Source: Acidimicrobiia bacterium
GTDB lineage: Bacteria; Acidobacteriota; Vicinamibacteria; Vicinamibacterales; UBA2999
Direction of reading: 5' to 3'
Length of the DNA: 64,000 bases
Assembly: GCA_038144855.1 (NCBI GenBank)
Contig: JAYQOO010000004.1
Coordinates: 12,349 to 76,348, forward strand
Positions 1 to 8,885 of the stretch are shown piece by piece. Each line of letters begins with the position of its first letter. The first letter of the stretch is position 1. Below the pieces are notes generated by a model. It did not search any database and was not told the origin of the DNA. It saw nothing but the letters and a program-made list of their open reading frames with translations. Both the position numbers and the translations under genes were made by a program.

Positions 1-68
1 CACGCCGGGATCAACAACATCCGCAGCAGCGTCAGCTGATTGGCAAGCGTGAAGACCTGTGCCGTCAT
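1..68 (-). CDS. CDP-alcohol phosphatidyltransferase family protein, 5' end only (continues past window start)
   Basis: Reverse strand reads ATG(68..66) then MTAQVFTLANQLTLLRMLLIP. This is the N-x-LT-x-x-R-x-x-x-x-P opening typical of this family. The ATG shares its A with the TGA of the upstream gene (TGATG). Only 22 codons are visible. Confidence 0.45.
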   Translation of the reverse strand, partial: MTAQVFTLANQLTLLRMLLIPA

Positions 69-1405
69 CAACGCGCCAGCGCCTCGATGCGGCTGATGAT
101 ATCCATGGCCTCGCGGCCGTTCACCGCGCGCAACAGCTCGAAGTTTGTGCCAGCCAGCGGCATGACACCCGACGCCACCGCGACCGATGCGGCCGGATAG
201 CTCAGGTGCGTCGCGGTAACGTCAGCAATGGCGACGCGCGCCCCCTGCCACTTCTTCGCGAGTTCAGGCCTGGCAGCCGCCACCAGCGTGAGCAGGCGTG
301 ACACGGTGGTGGCCAGTTCGTTGCGGCGTACCAATCGTGACGGCTCGAACTCGTAGTTGGGCAGCGTGTCCATCACACCGGAGCGCACCACCGGACTGAT
401 CCAGCCCTGCGCCCAGTGTCCACGAATGTCGGTGATGACCAACTGCCGGGGTTTCGCGCGAGCGATCAGTGCCTCGAGCCGGACGCCGATCAACGCGGCG
501 ATATCCGCACGAGTGACCTGGGGTCGGTCGGCAATCGCGCGGTATTCCGCGGGGAGCTTTGCCAGCGCCGCAGCCGCGCGCAGACGCGCCATGACCGATT
601 CAGGGACTTCGGCCGCATCAAGCGAGCGCGCCCGTTCGTAGGCGGCAATCGCCCCCATCACATCGCCCTGCGCGTCCAGCAGGGCGCCGATCCCGGCATG
701 CGAGCGCGCGTCGCCCGGATCGAGATCGACGGCGTTGCGATAGTGCTCGAGCGCGCTCGCCGACTGCCCTGCCTTCTGCTCCACCGCCGCAAGGTCGCGG
801 TACAGGAAACCGGAATCCGGCGACGCCGCGATGGCCTGGCGATACGCGTCGGCGGCCTCGTCGAACCTCCGCCCGTCGGCCGCGGTCTTGGCCCTCGCCA
901 GCATGGCCTGCGTCTGCCTGAACCTCAGTACGTCAACGCGGCTCTTCAGCTCTGTTTGCGACGGGTCTTTCGCCAGCGCCGCTTCAAAGCTGGCCAGCGC
1001 GTCGCCGTCGCGATCGAGTTCGAGCAACACCTGGCCGCGGCCGATCAGCGCCGGCACGTACGCAGCCTCGGCTTGCAGCGCACGCTCGAATCGCGTGGCG
1101 GCGTCCTTCTCATTGCCCCGCGCCATCGACAGATAAGCCATCGCGGTTTCGGCCGGATGGAACGTCGGCTGTTGCTTCAGCGCCGCGGCGAACTCGCGCT
1201 CGGCGTTGCGGGCATCGTCCATCTGCAGGTACTGCCAGCCGCGCTCGATGCGGGAGGCCAGCGCCGGCGCCGTCCCATCGGGTGAAGCCGGAAACACGAA
1301 GTCTGGATGCTTCGGCGCGCCGGTCATGGCCGGTGGCGCCTTCGGCGCACATGCGGCTGACACCACGAGGCACGCCAGCAGGCCGGCACCCAGGCACTTC
1401 ATCAT
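68..1405 (-). CDS. TPR-repeat lipoprotein with two C-terminal SLH-like modules
   Basis: Track ORF 68..1606 trimmed to MMKCLGAGLLACLVVSAAC (signal peptide plus lipobox SAAC, ATG at 1405). The body holds repeated TPR-like helices (AATRFERALQAEA, ALASFEAALAKDP, AADAYRQAIAASP, ALEHYRNAVDLDP, AIAAYERARSLDA). The C-terminus has DIRGHWAQGWISPVVRSGVM...FEPSRLVRRNELATTV and DVTATHLSYPAASVAVASGVM, which resemble S-layer-homology motifs. Confidence 0.75.
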   Translation of the reverse strand: MMKCLGAGLLACLVVSAACAPKAPPAMTGAPKHPDFVFPASPDGTAPALASRIERGWQYLQMDDARNAEREFAAALKQQPTFHPAETAMAYLSMARGNEKDAATRFERALQAEAAYVPALIGRGQVLLELDRDGDALASFEAALAKDPSQTELKSRVDVLRFRQTQAMLARAKTAADGRRFDEAADAYRQAIAASPDSGFLYRDLAAVEQKAGQSASALEHYRNAVDLDPGDARSHAGIGALLDAQGDVMGAIAAYERARSLDAAEVPESVMARLRAAAALAKLPAEYRAIADRPQVTRADIAALIGVRLEALIARAKPRQLVITDIRGHWAQGWISPVVRSGVMDTLPNYEFEPSRLVRRNELATTVSRLLTLVAAARPELAKKWQGARVAIADVTATHLSYPAASVAVASGVMPLAGTNFELLRAVNGREAMDIISRIEALAR

Positions 1406-1415
1406 CGCAACACTG

Positions 1416-2750
1416 CTATCGCGCACGTCGCCCTCCGGCCTTCTTCGTTGCTGGAGTGGCGAGTCCGACCATGGGCAGCAACCGGCGTGGGACATCCGCC
1501 TCCACGGTCGCCCGGTCGCCCATCGTCGCGTGCGAGTGGACGGTGGCGTGGCGATAGAGCCAGGCGAGGCGATCAGCGTGCACCGGGTTGGCGAGGTCCA
1601 GCTCAACGGTAACGCGCTCCTGATCGAGCGCCAGCCGCGCGGCCACGCTTTCGAGCAACTCCGTGATGCCGGTTCCGCGATGCGCGGAGATCAACAGCGC
1701 CGACGGATCGGCTTCCTGCACGCGACGCTGCTCATCTGGCGAGATCATGTCGATCTTGTTGTAAACCTCGACCCGTGGCACTTCGATGGCGCCCACCTCT
1801 TCGAGCACGCGCAGGACGGCAGCCAGGTGACGCTCCCGTTCCGGATTCGCCGCATCGATGACGTGCAGGACCAGGTCCGCATCCGCCGTTTCTTCAAGGG
1901 TCGCACGAAAGGCGGCCACCAGCGTGTGTGGAAGACGATCGATGAACCCGACCGTGTCGCTCAGCAGCAGTTCCCGCCGATCGGGCAGGTCGACTCGGCG
2001 CACCAGCGGATCCAGCGTCACGAACAACGCGTTGGACGCCTCCGCCTCCGCTTTCGTCAATCGGTTGAACAGCGTGGTCTTGCCGGCATTGGTATAGCCG
2101 ACCAGTGCGACGGTCGGCACATCGACTTTGTGCCGGCGCTCGCGCAACTGCGAACGGCGCCGGCGAACCACGTCGATCTCGTCCTGCAAGACCTTCATCC
2201 GGACGCGAATGCGGCGGCGATCGGCTTCCAGCTTGGTTTCGCCGGGGCCTCTCGTGCCGATGCCGCCACCAAGACGCGACAATGCTTCGCTCGATCCCAC
2301 CAGGCGCGGCAACAGGTATTTCAGCTGCGCCAGCTCGACTTGCAGCTTGCCTTCTCGTGTTCTGGCTCGGCGGGCAAAAATATCGAGGATCAGCTGGGTG
2401 CGGTCCACCACCTTGCGGTTGAGCCGCGTGTTCAGCTCGCGCAACTGCGCGGGAGACAACTCGTTGTCGAAGATCACCAGATCGGCGTCGGCCTCGGCGG
2501 CCGCCTGGGCCAGCACCTCGACCTTGCCGCTGCCAAGAAAGGTGGCCGGGTCGGGCTTGGGGCGATCCTGCAGCACGCGAAGAACAACGCGGGCACCCGC
2601 CGCTTCAGCCAGGCCGCCAAGCTCCTCGAGCGAATGCTCGGCGTCAATGCGCCGCGCGCCGCCGGTGACCAGACCGACCAGCGCCGCGCGCTCTACGAGC
2701 ACAGGCCTGCCCACCGTAGCGCGAGTGGAGGCGGGACGCCGCGTGGTCAT
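1416..2750 (-). CDS. hflX: GTPase HflX
   Basis: G1 GYTNAGKTTLFN, G3 DTVGF, G4 NKID, preceded by an HflX-type N-terminal domain. Start trimmed from track ORF 1416..3002 to ATG 2750 (MTTRRPAS). Stop is TAG. Confidence 0.9.
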   Translation of the reverse strand: MTTRRPASTRATVGRPVLVERAALVGLVTGGARRIDAEHSLEELGGLAEAAGARVVLRVLQDRPKPDPATFLGSGKVEVLAQAAAEADADLVIFDNELSPAQLRELNTRLNRKVVDRTQLILDIFARRARTREGKLQVELAQLKYLLPRLVGSSEALSRLGGGIGTRGPGETKLEADRRRIRVRMKVLQDEIDVVRRRRSQLRERRHKVDVPTVALVGYTNAGKTTLFNRLTKAEAEASNALFVTLDPLVRRVDLPDRRELLLSDTVGFIDRLPHTLVAAFRATLEETADADLVLHVIDAANPERERHLAAVLRVLEEVGAIEVPRVEVYNKIDMISPDEQRRVQEADPSALLISAHRGTGITELLESVAARLALDQERVTVELDLANPVHADRLAWLYRHATVHSHATMGDRATVEADVPRRLLPMVGLATPATKKAGGRRAR

Positions 2751-2760
2751 CGACTTTCCG

Positions 2761-2769
2761 ATTCTAGCA
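2761..2769 (-). promoter_or_regulatory. extended -10-like element TGCTAGAAT upstream of hflX
   Basis: Reverse complement of attctagca. It lies 10 nt upstream of the hflX ATG in a 48-bp divergent spacer. No convincing -35. Confidence 0.35.
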
Positions 2770-2783
2770 CCGACCTTCACACC

Positions 2784-2789
2784 TATAAT
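2784..2789 (+). promoter_or_regulatory. perfect TATAAT -10 hexamer, 9 nt before ATG 2799
   Basis: acc-TATAAT-tcgagggta-ATG. A consensus hexamer in a GC-rich spacer. It implies a very short or absent leader. The -35 is weak (TTCTAG). Confidence 0.4.
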
Positions 2790-2798
2790 TCGAGGGTA

Positions 2799-4235
2799 AT
2801 GCACGAGATCGCTGCTCAGTTTCCGCGCAACCTGTCGGATTACCCAGTGTTGGCGGGCCAGGGTCTGTTCGAGTTGCTTCGCTCGAGGGCGGAAGCCGAC
2901 CCCATCAACGCCGTCGCCACGCTGATCTTCATATTGGCGGTGATCCACACCTTTGTCGCCAGCCGCTTCACCAGCGCCTCGCATCACCTGCAGCAGCGCC
3001 ACAATGCGCGCATGGCGGCCGCCGGCCTGCCGCTACGGCCCAGCGTGGCCGCCGACGCCATGCACTTTCTCGGCGAGATCGAAGTGGTGTTTGGCCTCTG
3101 GGCGGTTCCGCTGCTGATTGCGATCATCGGCACGCACGGCTGGACGACCGCCACGCACTACGTCAACGACGGGGTCAATTACACCGAACCGCTGTTTGTC
3201 GTCGTGATCATGGCGCTGGCCTCGACCCGGCCGATCATCGCGCTAGCCGAATCCGCGGTGCGCGCGCTGGCAGGCCTCGGCGGCAGCACACCCGGCGCCT
3301 GGTGGGTTGTGATCCTGACCGTTACGCCCCTGCTCGGCTCCTTCATCACGGAACCGGCAGCCATGACCATTGCTGCCCTGCTTCTGGCGCGGCAATTCTA
3401 CGACCTCCAGCCCAGCGCCGGGCTGAAGTACGGCACGCTGGGGCTGTTGTTCGTCAACATCTCGATCGGCGGCACCCTCACCCACTTCGCGGCGCCGCCG
3501 GTCCTAATGGTGGCCCGTGAATGGGCGTGGGACACGCCGTTCATGATGGGACATTTCGGCTGGCGTGCGGCGGCGGCCATTGCGATCTCAACCACGGTCT
3601 ACTACCTGGTGTTCCGGAAGGAATTCGTTCGGCTCGCGCAAGGCAAGGCCGTTCCCGAAGTAGAAGTCGCCGCAGAGGAAGCACGCGACGGGCTCATGCT
3701 GCTGCCGGTGCCGGCGTGGATCACGCTGGTGCATGTCGCCTTCATGGCGTGGACGGTCCTCAACTCACACTATCCCGCGTTGTTTGTCGGCGGCTTCCTG
3801 TTCTTCATCGGGTTTGCGCGCGCAACGGCTGCGTATCAATCGCAGCTCGATATCAAGACGCCGCTGCTCGTGGGGTTTTTCCTCGCCGGTCTCGTGATCC
3901 ATGGCGGGCTGCAGGGATGGTGGATTGCACCGGTGCTGTCCAGCCTGTCGGAGACGGGCTTGTTCTGGGGTGCCACGATCCTGACGGCGTTCAACGACAA
4001 TGCGCTGATCACATATCTTGCGACGCTGGTGCCCAACCTTGGCGAGGGCTTCAAGGTGGCGGTCGTCGAGGGCGCAGTCACCGGGGGCGGACTGACGGTG
4101 ATCGCCAACGCTCCGAATCCTGCGGGTCAGGCGCTGCTGTCGCGCTTCTTTGAGGATTCCATCAGCCCCATCCGGTTGTTTGCGGCGGCCGTCGTGCCCA
4201 CGCTGATCGCGGCCGCGACCTTCCGGCTGATTTAA
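2799..4235 (+). CDS. polytopic inner-membrane protein, possibly putative Na+/H+ antiporter family (DUF1504-like)
   Basis: Real part of track ORF 1206..4235, which is antisense to hflX upstream of ATG 2799 (MHEIAAQFPRNL). About 10-12 hydrophobic spans. The FAAPPVLMVA and GGGLTVIANAPN segments recall that family. The family call is from memory only. Confidence 0.6.
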   Translation: MHEIAAQFPRNLSDYPVLAGQGLFELLRSRAEADPINAVATLIFILAVIHTFVASRFTSASHHLQQRHNARMAAAGLPLRPSVAADAMHFLGEIEVVFGLWAVPLLIAIIGTHGWTTATHYVNDGVNYTEPLFVVVIMALASTRPIIALAESAVRALAGLGGSTPGAWWVVILTVTPLLGSFITEPAAMTIAALLLARQFYDLQPSAGLKYGTLGLLFVNISIGGTLTHFAAPPVLMVAREWAWDTPFMMGHFGWRAAAAIAISTTVYYLVFRKEFVRLAQGKAVPEVEVAAEEARDGLMLLPVPAWITLVHVAFMAWTVLNSHYPALFVGGFLFFIGFARATAAYQSQLDIKTPLLVGFFLAGLVIHGGLQGWWIAPVLSSLSETGLFWGATILTAFNDNALITYLATLVPNLGEGFKVAVVEGAVTGGGLTVIANAPNPAGQALLSRFFEDSISPIRLFAAAVVPTLIAAATFRLI

Positions 4236-4245
4236 GGCGGCGGTC

Positions 4246-4395
4246 ATGAGCCCGGCCAGCAAGAAAGCGCCAAAGCGCAAGCCCCGGTTGCCGCGCGCGC
4301 CGTTGCCCAAGCAGACCGGCGGCGCGCACCAGGACAAGTCCAAGCAGCCATTCCGCAAAGACAAGCACAAGAAGCGCTGGACCGGGGACGACTAG
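4246..4395 (+). CDS. 49-aa highly basic small protein (hypothetical)
   Basis: Below the track cut-off. My translation: ATG 4246, MSPASKKAPKRKPRLPRAPLPKQTGGAHQDKSKQPFRKDKHKKRWTGDD, TAG 4393..4395. AAGG lies 6-9 nt upstream. It starts 10 nt after the preceding stop. Confidence 0.3.
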   Translation: MSPASKKAPKRKPRLPRAPLPKQTGGAHQDKSKQPFRKDKHKKRWTGDD

Positions 4396-4425
4396 CCGCG
4401 CAACTTCAGCAAAGCCCGCGCCCGA

Positions 4426-5655
4426 TCAGGGGTCGGCCAGCGCCGCATCAGCCGAATCGTCTTCGATCTTCGTGTGTTGGCGAAGGCCTCGAAATACGAG
4501 GAGACCAAGCAACAGCAACAGCGCGACGTCGGCCACGAACACGATCCGCAGACCGGCACCGCCAATGAAACCGGCGACGACCGGGCTCACGGCAAGCCCC
4601 ATCAATGACGCGGTGGACATGATCCCGAAGCCGGTCGAATGCGCATCAGCCGGCAGCAGGCCACCCGCCACTGAATAGATCGTCGTTGTTCCTGCGCCCA
4701 TCGCGGTCCCTGCAACCAGGATCGCCAGCCCAAGAATCCAGACACTGGGCGCGGCCACGATCGCGGCCAGCGCCGTTGCGGCGGTAAGGGTGCCAGCGAC
4801 CAGGACGGCCTTGGCGGAATAGCGGGCCAGCAGCCGCGGTCCGAGTTGTGACCCAATTGCGGCCGACACGGCACCAATCGAGAACAACACGCCGGCCACG
4901 AACGGCACCCGGGCACTCTCGGTGCCCACCTGCTGTACGAAGAGCGGCAGCACCGGGCCGAAGCTGCGGTCGACGGTCTGCAAGCCGAAGATCACAAACA
5001 GCGCGAGCACGAACCCGGGGCGCCGCATCAACTGGCCAAACACATCCCACCCGCCACGCACGTTCTTCGCGCGCTCGGCCTTCGCCGGCTCGACGTAAAA
5101 CACCACGATCAGCAGCATGGCGGCCGCGTAGAAGAGCGCCGCCACCAGGAAAGAATTCCGCAGTCCGACGAGAGACGCCAGCACTCCGCCGATCACCGGG
5201 CCAATGGCCGGACCAAGGCGATGCCCGGTCTGCACCATGCCAATGGCGTGCGCCATCCTGTCGCGGGGCACCGATTGCGCCGCCATCGACATGGTCAACG
5301 CGCCGTACCCCGCGAACACCCCAAGCAGCGCGCGCAATGCAAACAACTGCCAGGGCGCCGTGACAAACGCCATTCCGACCTTGGTCAGGACAAACGCCGT
5401 CAGCGAACGGATGACGAGGAGCTTGGTGCCGTAGCGATCTCCGACGCGGCCCCAAAGCGGCGCGCTGATCGCGGTGACGGTGGGCGTGGCGCCCAGCGTC
5501 AGCCCGGTCCACATCGCGATCTCGCCAACGTCGGTCGTACCGAGTTGCGCGATGTAGAGCGGGAGGAACGGCATCACCAGCGTGAAGCCGGTAAAGCCGA
5601 CGCCGCCGGCGATGGCGGCGACGAAGACATTGCGGCGACTCTGGCGTTCGTCCAA
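4426..5655 (-). CDS. MFS transporter (drug/H+ antiporter-like)
   Basis: 12-TM pattern and the motif A-like WGRVGDRYGTK. TTG start at 5655 directly abuts the glpX stop (5656). Confidence 0.85.
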   Translation of the reverse strand: MDERQSRRNVFVAAIAGGVGFTGFTLVMPFLPLYIAQLGTTDVGEIAMWTGLTLGATPTVTAISAPLWGRVGDRYGTKLLVIRSLTAFVLTKVGMAFVTAPWQLFALRALLGVFAGYGALTMSMAAQSVPRDRMAHAIGMVQTGHRLGPAIGPVIGGVLASLVGLRNSFLVAALFYAAAMLLIVVFYVEPAKAERAKNVRGGWDVFGQLMRRPGFVLALFVIFGLQTVDRSFGPVLPLFVQQVGTESARVPFVAGVLFSIGAVSAAIGSQLGPRLLARYSAKAVLVAGTLTAATALAAIVAAPSVWILGLAILVAGTAMGAGTTTIYSVAGGLLPADAHSTGFGIMSTASLMGLAVSPVVAGFIGGAGLRIVFVADVALLLLLGLLVFRGLRQHTKIEDDSADAALADP

Positions 5656-6645
5656 CTAGAAGCGAATCTTGACCGACGGCCCCGGGTAGACCTGGATGCT
5701 GTCGATGAAACGCACGCGATGGGGATTGGTCTGCATCACGATCGAGCTGGTGCGGATGCCGGCGCCGAAGAACTGGATGCCCTTCATCAACGAGCCATCC
5801 GTGACGCCGGTCGCAGCAAACACGATGTCCTTGCCGCACGCCAGGTCTTCGGACTTGTAGATCTTGCGGATGTCCTTGATGCCCATCGCCTTGGCGCGCT
5901 CTTCGTCATCGGGCTTGGCGACGACCAGCCGGGCGAAGATTTCGCCGTTGAGGCAGCGCATCGCCGCCGCGGTCAACACGCCCTCTGGCGCACCGCCGGT
6001 GCCCATCAAGGCGTGCACGCCGGTGCCAGACACGGCTGCGGAAATGCCGGCCGAAAGGTCGCCGTCACCGATCAGGCGAATGCGCGCCCCGGTCTCGCGA
6101 ATTTCGCGAATCAGCTTTTCATGCCGTGGGCGGTCGAGCACCACGATGGTCAGCTCATCGATCTGGCGGCCGAGACTGCGGGCAATGGCCCTGAGGTTCT
6201 CCCGCACCGGCGCGTCGAGGTCAACCAGGTGCTTGGAGGTCGGCCCGACGACCAGCTTCTCCATGTACATGTCGGGCGCGTGCAGCAGGCCACCCTTTTC
6301 AGACGCGGCCAGCACGGCGATCGCATTCGGTGCGCCGGTCGCACAGAGATTCGTGCCTTCGAGTGGATCGACCGCAATGTCGACCTCGTCCCACTTGCGG
6401 CGGTTGGAATTGTCTTTCTGCGCCAGCCCGACCTTCTCGCCGATGTAGAGCATCGGCGCCTCGTCGCGCTCGCCTTCGCCGATCACGATGGTGCCGTCGA
6501 TCGGCACGGTGTCCATTTCGCGGCGCATCGCTTCGACGGCGACTTGATCGGAGCCGTGACGGTCACCCTGACCCATGGTGTGGGCGCAGGCAATGGCCGC
6601 TTGTTCGGTGACGCGCAGGAACTCTAGGGAGAGGTCGGATTCCAT
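5656..6645 (-). CDS. glpX: class II fructose-1,6-bisphosphatase
   Basis: [52 protein letters not shown] and [10 protein letters not shown] are GlpX hallmarks. Length 329 aa. Confidence 0.9.
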   Translation of the reverse strand: MESDLSLEFLRVTEQAAIACAHTMGQGDRHGSDQVAVEAMRREMDTVPIDGTIVIGEGERDEAPMLYIGEKVGLAQKDNSNRRKWDEVDIAVDPLEGTNLCATGAPNAIAVLAASEKGGLLHAPDMYMEKLVVGPTSKHLVDLDAPVRENLRAIARSLGRQIDELTIVVLDRPRHEKLIREIRETGARIRLIGDGDLSAGISAAVSGTGVHALMGTGGAPEGVLTAAAMRCLNGEIFARLVVAKPDDEERAKAMGIKDIRKIYKSEDLACGKDIVFAATGVTDGSLMKGIQFFGAGIRTSSIVMQTNPHRVRFIDSIQVYPGPSVKIRF

Positions 6646-6649
6646 TGGG

Positions 6650-6677
6650 TGATTGACGATTCCTTGATTGACGATTC
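6650..6677. repeat. perfect 13-bp direct repeat tgattgacgattc x2 (15-bp period) in the spacer upstream of glpX
   Basis: Copies at 6650..6662 and 6665..6677. They fill most of the 41-bp spacer between the DUF62 stop (6687) and the glpX ATG (6645). Confidence 0.6.
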
Positions 6678-6686
6678 AGCCAGTGA

Positions 6687-7481
6687 TTATCTCACGATGC
6701 GGACCCTGGCGGCCGCTCCCCTGCCCAGCCCCAGCGTGGCCGCGGCATCCCCGGCGTTAATCGCCACTTCGAGGTGGTCGGTGCTGCCAAACAACGCGCA
6801 CAGTTCGCTGGGCGGCGCATCGGCGTAGGTGGCAACAATGCGCGGGATTTCCCGCCCGCCGACTTCGATGGCGATCGACGCTTTTGCCGCAAACTGCTCG
6901 AAGGTGCGGCGATCGATGTCGGTGATGAGATTGCCGAACCGGTCGACGCGCACGATCGAACCACGCAATTCGCCCTGGTCGGCCTCGGGACGTGACAACG
7001 CAATTGTCTGGTAATTCGCCAGCGTCTTGCCCAGCGCCACCAGCGCGACGCCCTTGGCCAGGAACCCCGCGGCAGGCGCGAAGCGGTCTCGCCCTTCAAA
7101 GGTCCGGCTCACCGTTGGTAGCGCGTATTTACGCTCCGTGAGTTCGACCACTTTCTTGGGCGGCGCCTCGGCAAACACGGCCGACAACACGCCGTTGTCC
7201 GGCGCCACTAACTTGTAGTCGCCAATATCGGCGGCTTTGCCGCGGCGCGACGAACCGACGCCGGGATCGACGACCACCAGGAAGATCGTCCCGTGCGGAA
7301 AGTAGCGATAGCAGGCGGCCAGTTCGAGCGCACCGGTCATCACATCGTGCGCGGGAATGTCGTGGCCAATATCGACCAGCGTGGCGTCGGGACACACGCC
7401 GAGCACGACGCCCTTCAAGGTGCCGGCATAGTGATCGCGGGTGCCAAAATCGGTTATGAGTGCGACGACAGGACGCGCCAT
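6687..7481 (-). CDS. SAM hydrolase / SAM-dependent halogenase family protein (DUF62, SAM hydroxide adenosyltransferase-like)
   Basis: N-terminus ALITDFGTRDHYAGTLKGVV, VVVDPGVGSSRR and VDRFGNLITDI match this family. Confidence 0.85.
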   Translation of the reverse strand: MARPVVALITDFGTRDHYAGTLKGVVLGVCPDATLVDIGHDIPAHDVMTGALELAACYRYFPHGTIFLVVVDPGVGSSRRGKAADIGDYKLVAPDNGVLSAVFAEAPPKKVVELTERKYALPTVSRTFEGRDRFAPAAGFLAKGVALVALGKTLANYQTIALSRPEADQGELRGSIVRVDRFGNLITDIDRRTFEQFAAKASIAIEVGGREIPRIVATYADAPPSELCALFGSTDHLEVAINAGDAAATLGLGRGAAARVRIVR

Positions 7482-7518
7482 GAATCCCAGGGCCCTCGTG
7501 TGCCTCGGTGGGCGGCCG

Positions 7519-8202
7519 CTAGGTTCTGGGCGCGGGCTTGCGGAACAGCATCTCGCGCACCTTGCTCTTCATCAGGAAGGAATCGGTGACGCGCAGATCC
7601 TTGAACAACTTGATGATGTCGCCGTTCAACAAACTCCGCTGCCGCGCGCGCGCAGCAGGATAGGTGCGGTACTTCAGGTTGGCTTCGTCGACGACGACGA
7701 ATTTCGTGTAGACCGCCTCTTGCTGGTCCGCGGTGCTGAAGAAGCCGAGCAGCGCCCCGTCAGGACGCAGCAGGCCCGTCAACGCGGTCGCCAGCGCCTG
7801 CGCCGCCGGACGATCGAGATAGTCGAGCACGTCCCAGCACAAAATGCCGTCGACAGTGCCAGGCTCCTGCGGGAAACGCCTGGCGAAAAATTCTGGAAGC
7901 TGCTCGGTGATGCCTTCCTTGACGTGGCGGTCGATGTATTTCGCCACGTCCTCGACGCGCAGGCGGCAGCCGAGCTGTTCACCGAAGAACGTGACGTTGC
8001 TGCCGACCACCGGGCCGAGGTCGAGCAGCAACGGATTGTCGCTGGCCTGCAGGCTGGCGAGGAACTTCTGCAGCGCCTTGGTTGGATGCGCGGCCTCGGC
8101 CACGCTCGTCACAGACGTCTCCGCCGTGGCGCCGGTGTCGCTTACGCGACGCGGCCCCAACATGCCGAACAGATCCGTGAGGGAACGCGTGGTCTCGGCC
8201 AT
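7519..8202 (-). CDS. class I SAM-dependent methyltransferase-fold protein (atypical Gly loop)
   Basis: LLDLGPVVGSN (motif I-like), RLRVEDV (acidic end of beta2), ILCWDVLDYL, LLRPDGALLGFF. Starts 15 nt after the bactofilin stop. Confidence 0.7.
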   Translation of the reverse strand: MAETTRSLTDLFGMLGPRRVSDTGATAETSVTSVAEAAHPTKALQKFLASLQASDNPLLLDLGPVVGSNVTFFGEQLGCRLRVEDVAKYIDRHVKEGITEQLPEFFARRFPQEPGTVDGILCWDVLDYLDRPAAQALATALTGLLRPDGALLGFFSTADQQEAVYTKFVVVDEANLKYRTYPAARARQRSLLNGDIIKLFKDLRVTDSFLMKSKVREMLFRKPAPRT

Positions 8203-8217
8203 CGCCGTATCAGACGC

Positions 8218-8730
8218 TTACGCGCCGACCTTCTGGCCCTGCTGAGCCTGCTGCTGCGGCTGGCCCTGCTGCTGGTTCGCCGGCTTCTGCTGCGCCTTCG
8301 CACCGGCGCGCTGCATGTCGACGCTGCCACGGAAGTGCGCGCCTTCAGCAATTGCCACGCGCGGGGACGCAATGTCGCCGTCCACCGAACCGTTGTCGCG
8401 AATGTCGACCTTCTCGGACGCCGTGACATTGCCGGTGACTTCGCCGAGCACCACGACCGACTTGGCGAACACTTCCGCCTTGATCTTGCCGTTCGGCCCG
8501 ATCGTCAGCACGTTGTCTTTCAAGTCGATGCGGCCTTCGACGTGTCCCTCGATGGTGAGGTCTTCGCCTCCGCTCAACTCGCCTTTGATCACGACCGACT
8601 TCCCGATGTTCACCATGTCCCTCCCAAGATGGGCACGCGGCTCACCCGCCGACGGTGCTGCGGCAGCAGGCGCCGAAGGCGCAGGCACCGGAGATGCAGC
8701 CGGCTTGACCGACTCGTCACGCTTCCACAT
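8218..8730 (-). CDS. bactofilin family cytoskeletal protein
   Basis: Repetitive beta-helix core: VVIKGELSGGEDLTIEGHVEGRIDLKDNVLTIGPNGKIKAEVFAKSVVVLGEVTGNVTA...VAIAEGAHFRGSVDM. Pro/Ala-rich N-tail and Gln-rich C-tail. GGGAGG lies 8 nt upstream of the ATG. Confidence 0.85.
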   Translation of the reverse strand: MWKRDESVKPAASPVPAPSAPAAAAPSAGEPRAHLGRDMVNIGKSVVIKGELSGGEDLTIEGHVEGRIDLKDNVLTIGPNGKIKAEVFAKSVVVLGEVTGNVTASEKVDIRDNGSVDGDIASPRVAIAEGAHFRGSVDMQRAGAKAQQKPANQQQGQPQQQAQQGQKVGA

Positions 8731-8885
8731 CGCTGAAAACCTCCCCCTCTTACTGGAAAACCCGTTCGAGGGTGCGTACTAACTTTTTGCCTGAAACTTA
8801 CCGTATTGAAACCCGGGGAGTGGGCTTCGGTGTTGAAGTTCAGGGCAGTAGTAGCACCACTGCAAACCGTTGTCTAGTCCTTTTA

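Noticed and set aside
1206-2798. N-terminal 531 codons of the 1009-aa track ORF 1206..4235
   Set aside because: This part is antisense to the well-supported hflX and TPR genes and has an Arg/Gly/Ala-rich low-information composition. The membrane protein begins convincingly at ATG 2799, behind a TATAAT.
5221-6627. Long antisense ORFs, e.g. 5221..6627, 7441..8736, 23518..24405, 26915..27802, 29751..31352, 41908..43041, 55703..56923, 59095..60345, 60388..61446
   Set aside because: All lie opposite genes with strong family signatures and have R/G/A/P/D-dominated translations with no motifs. This is the expected artefact of high GC content.
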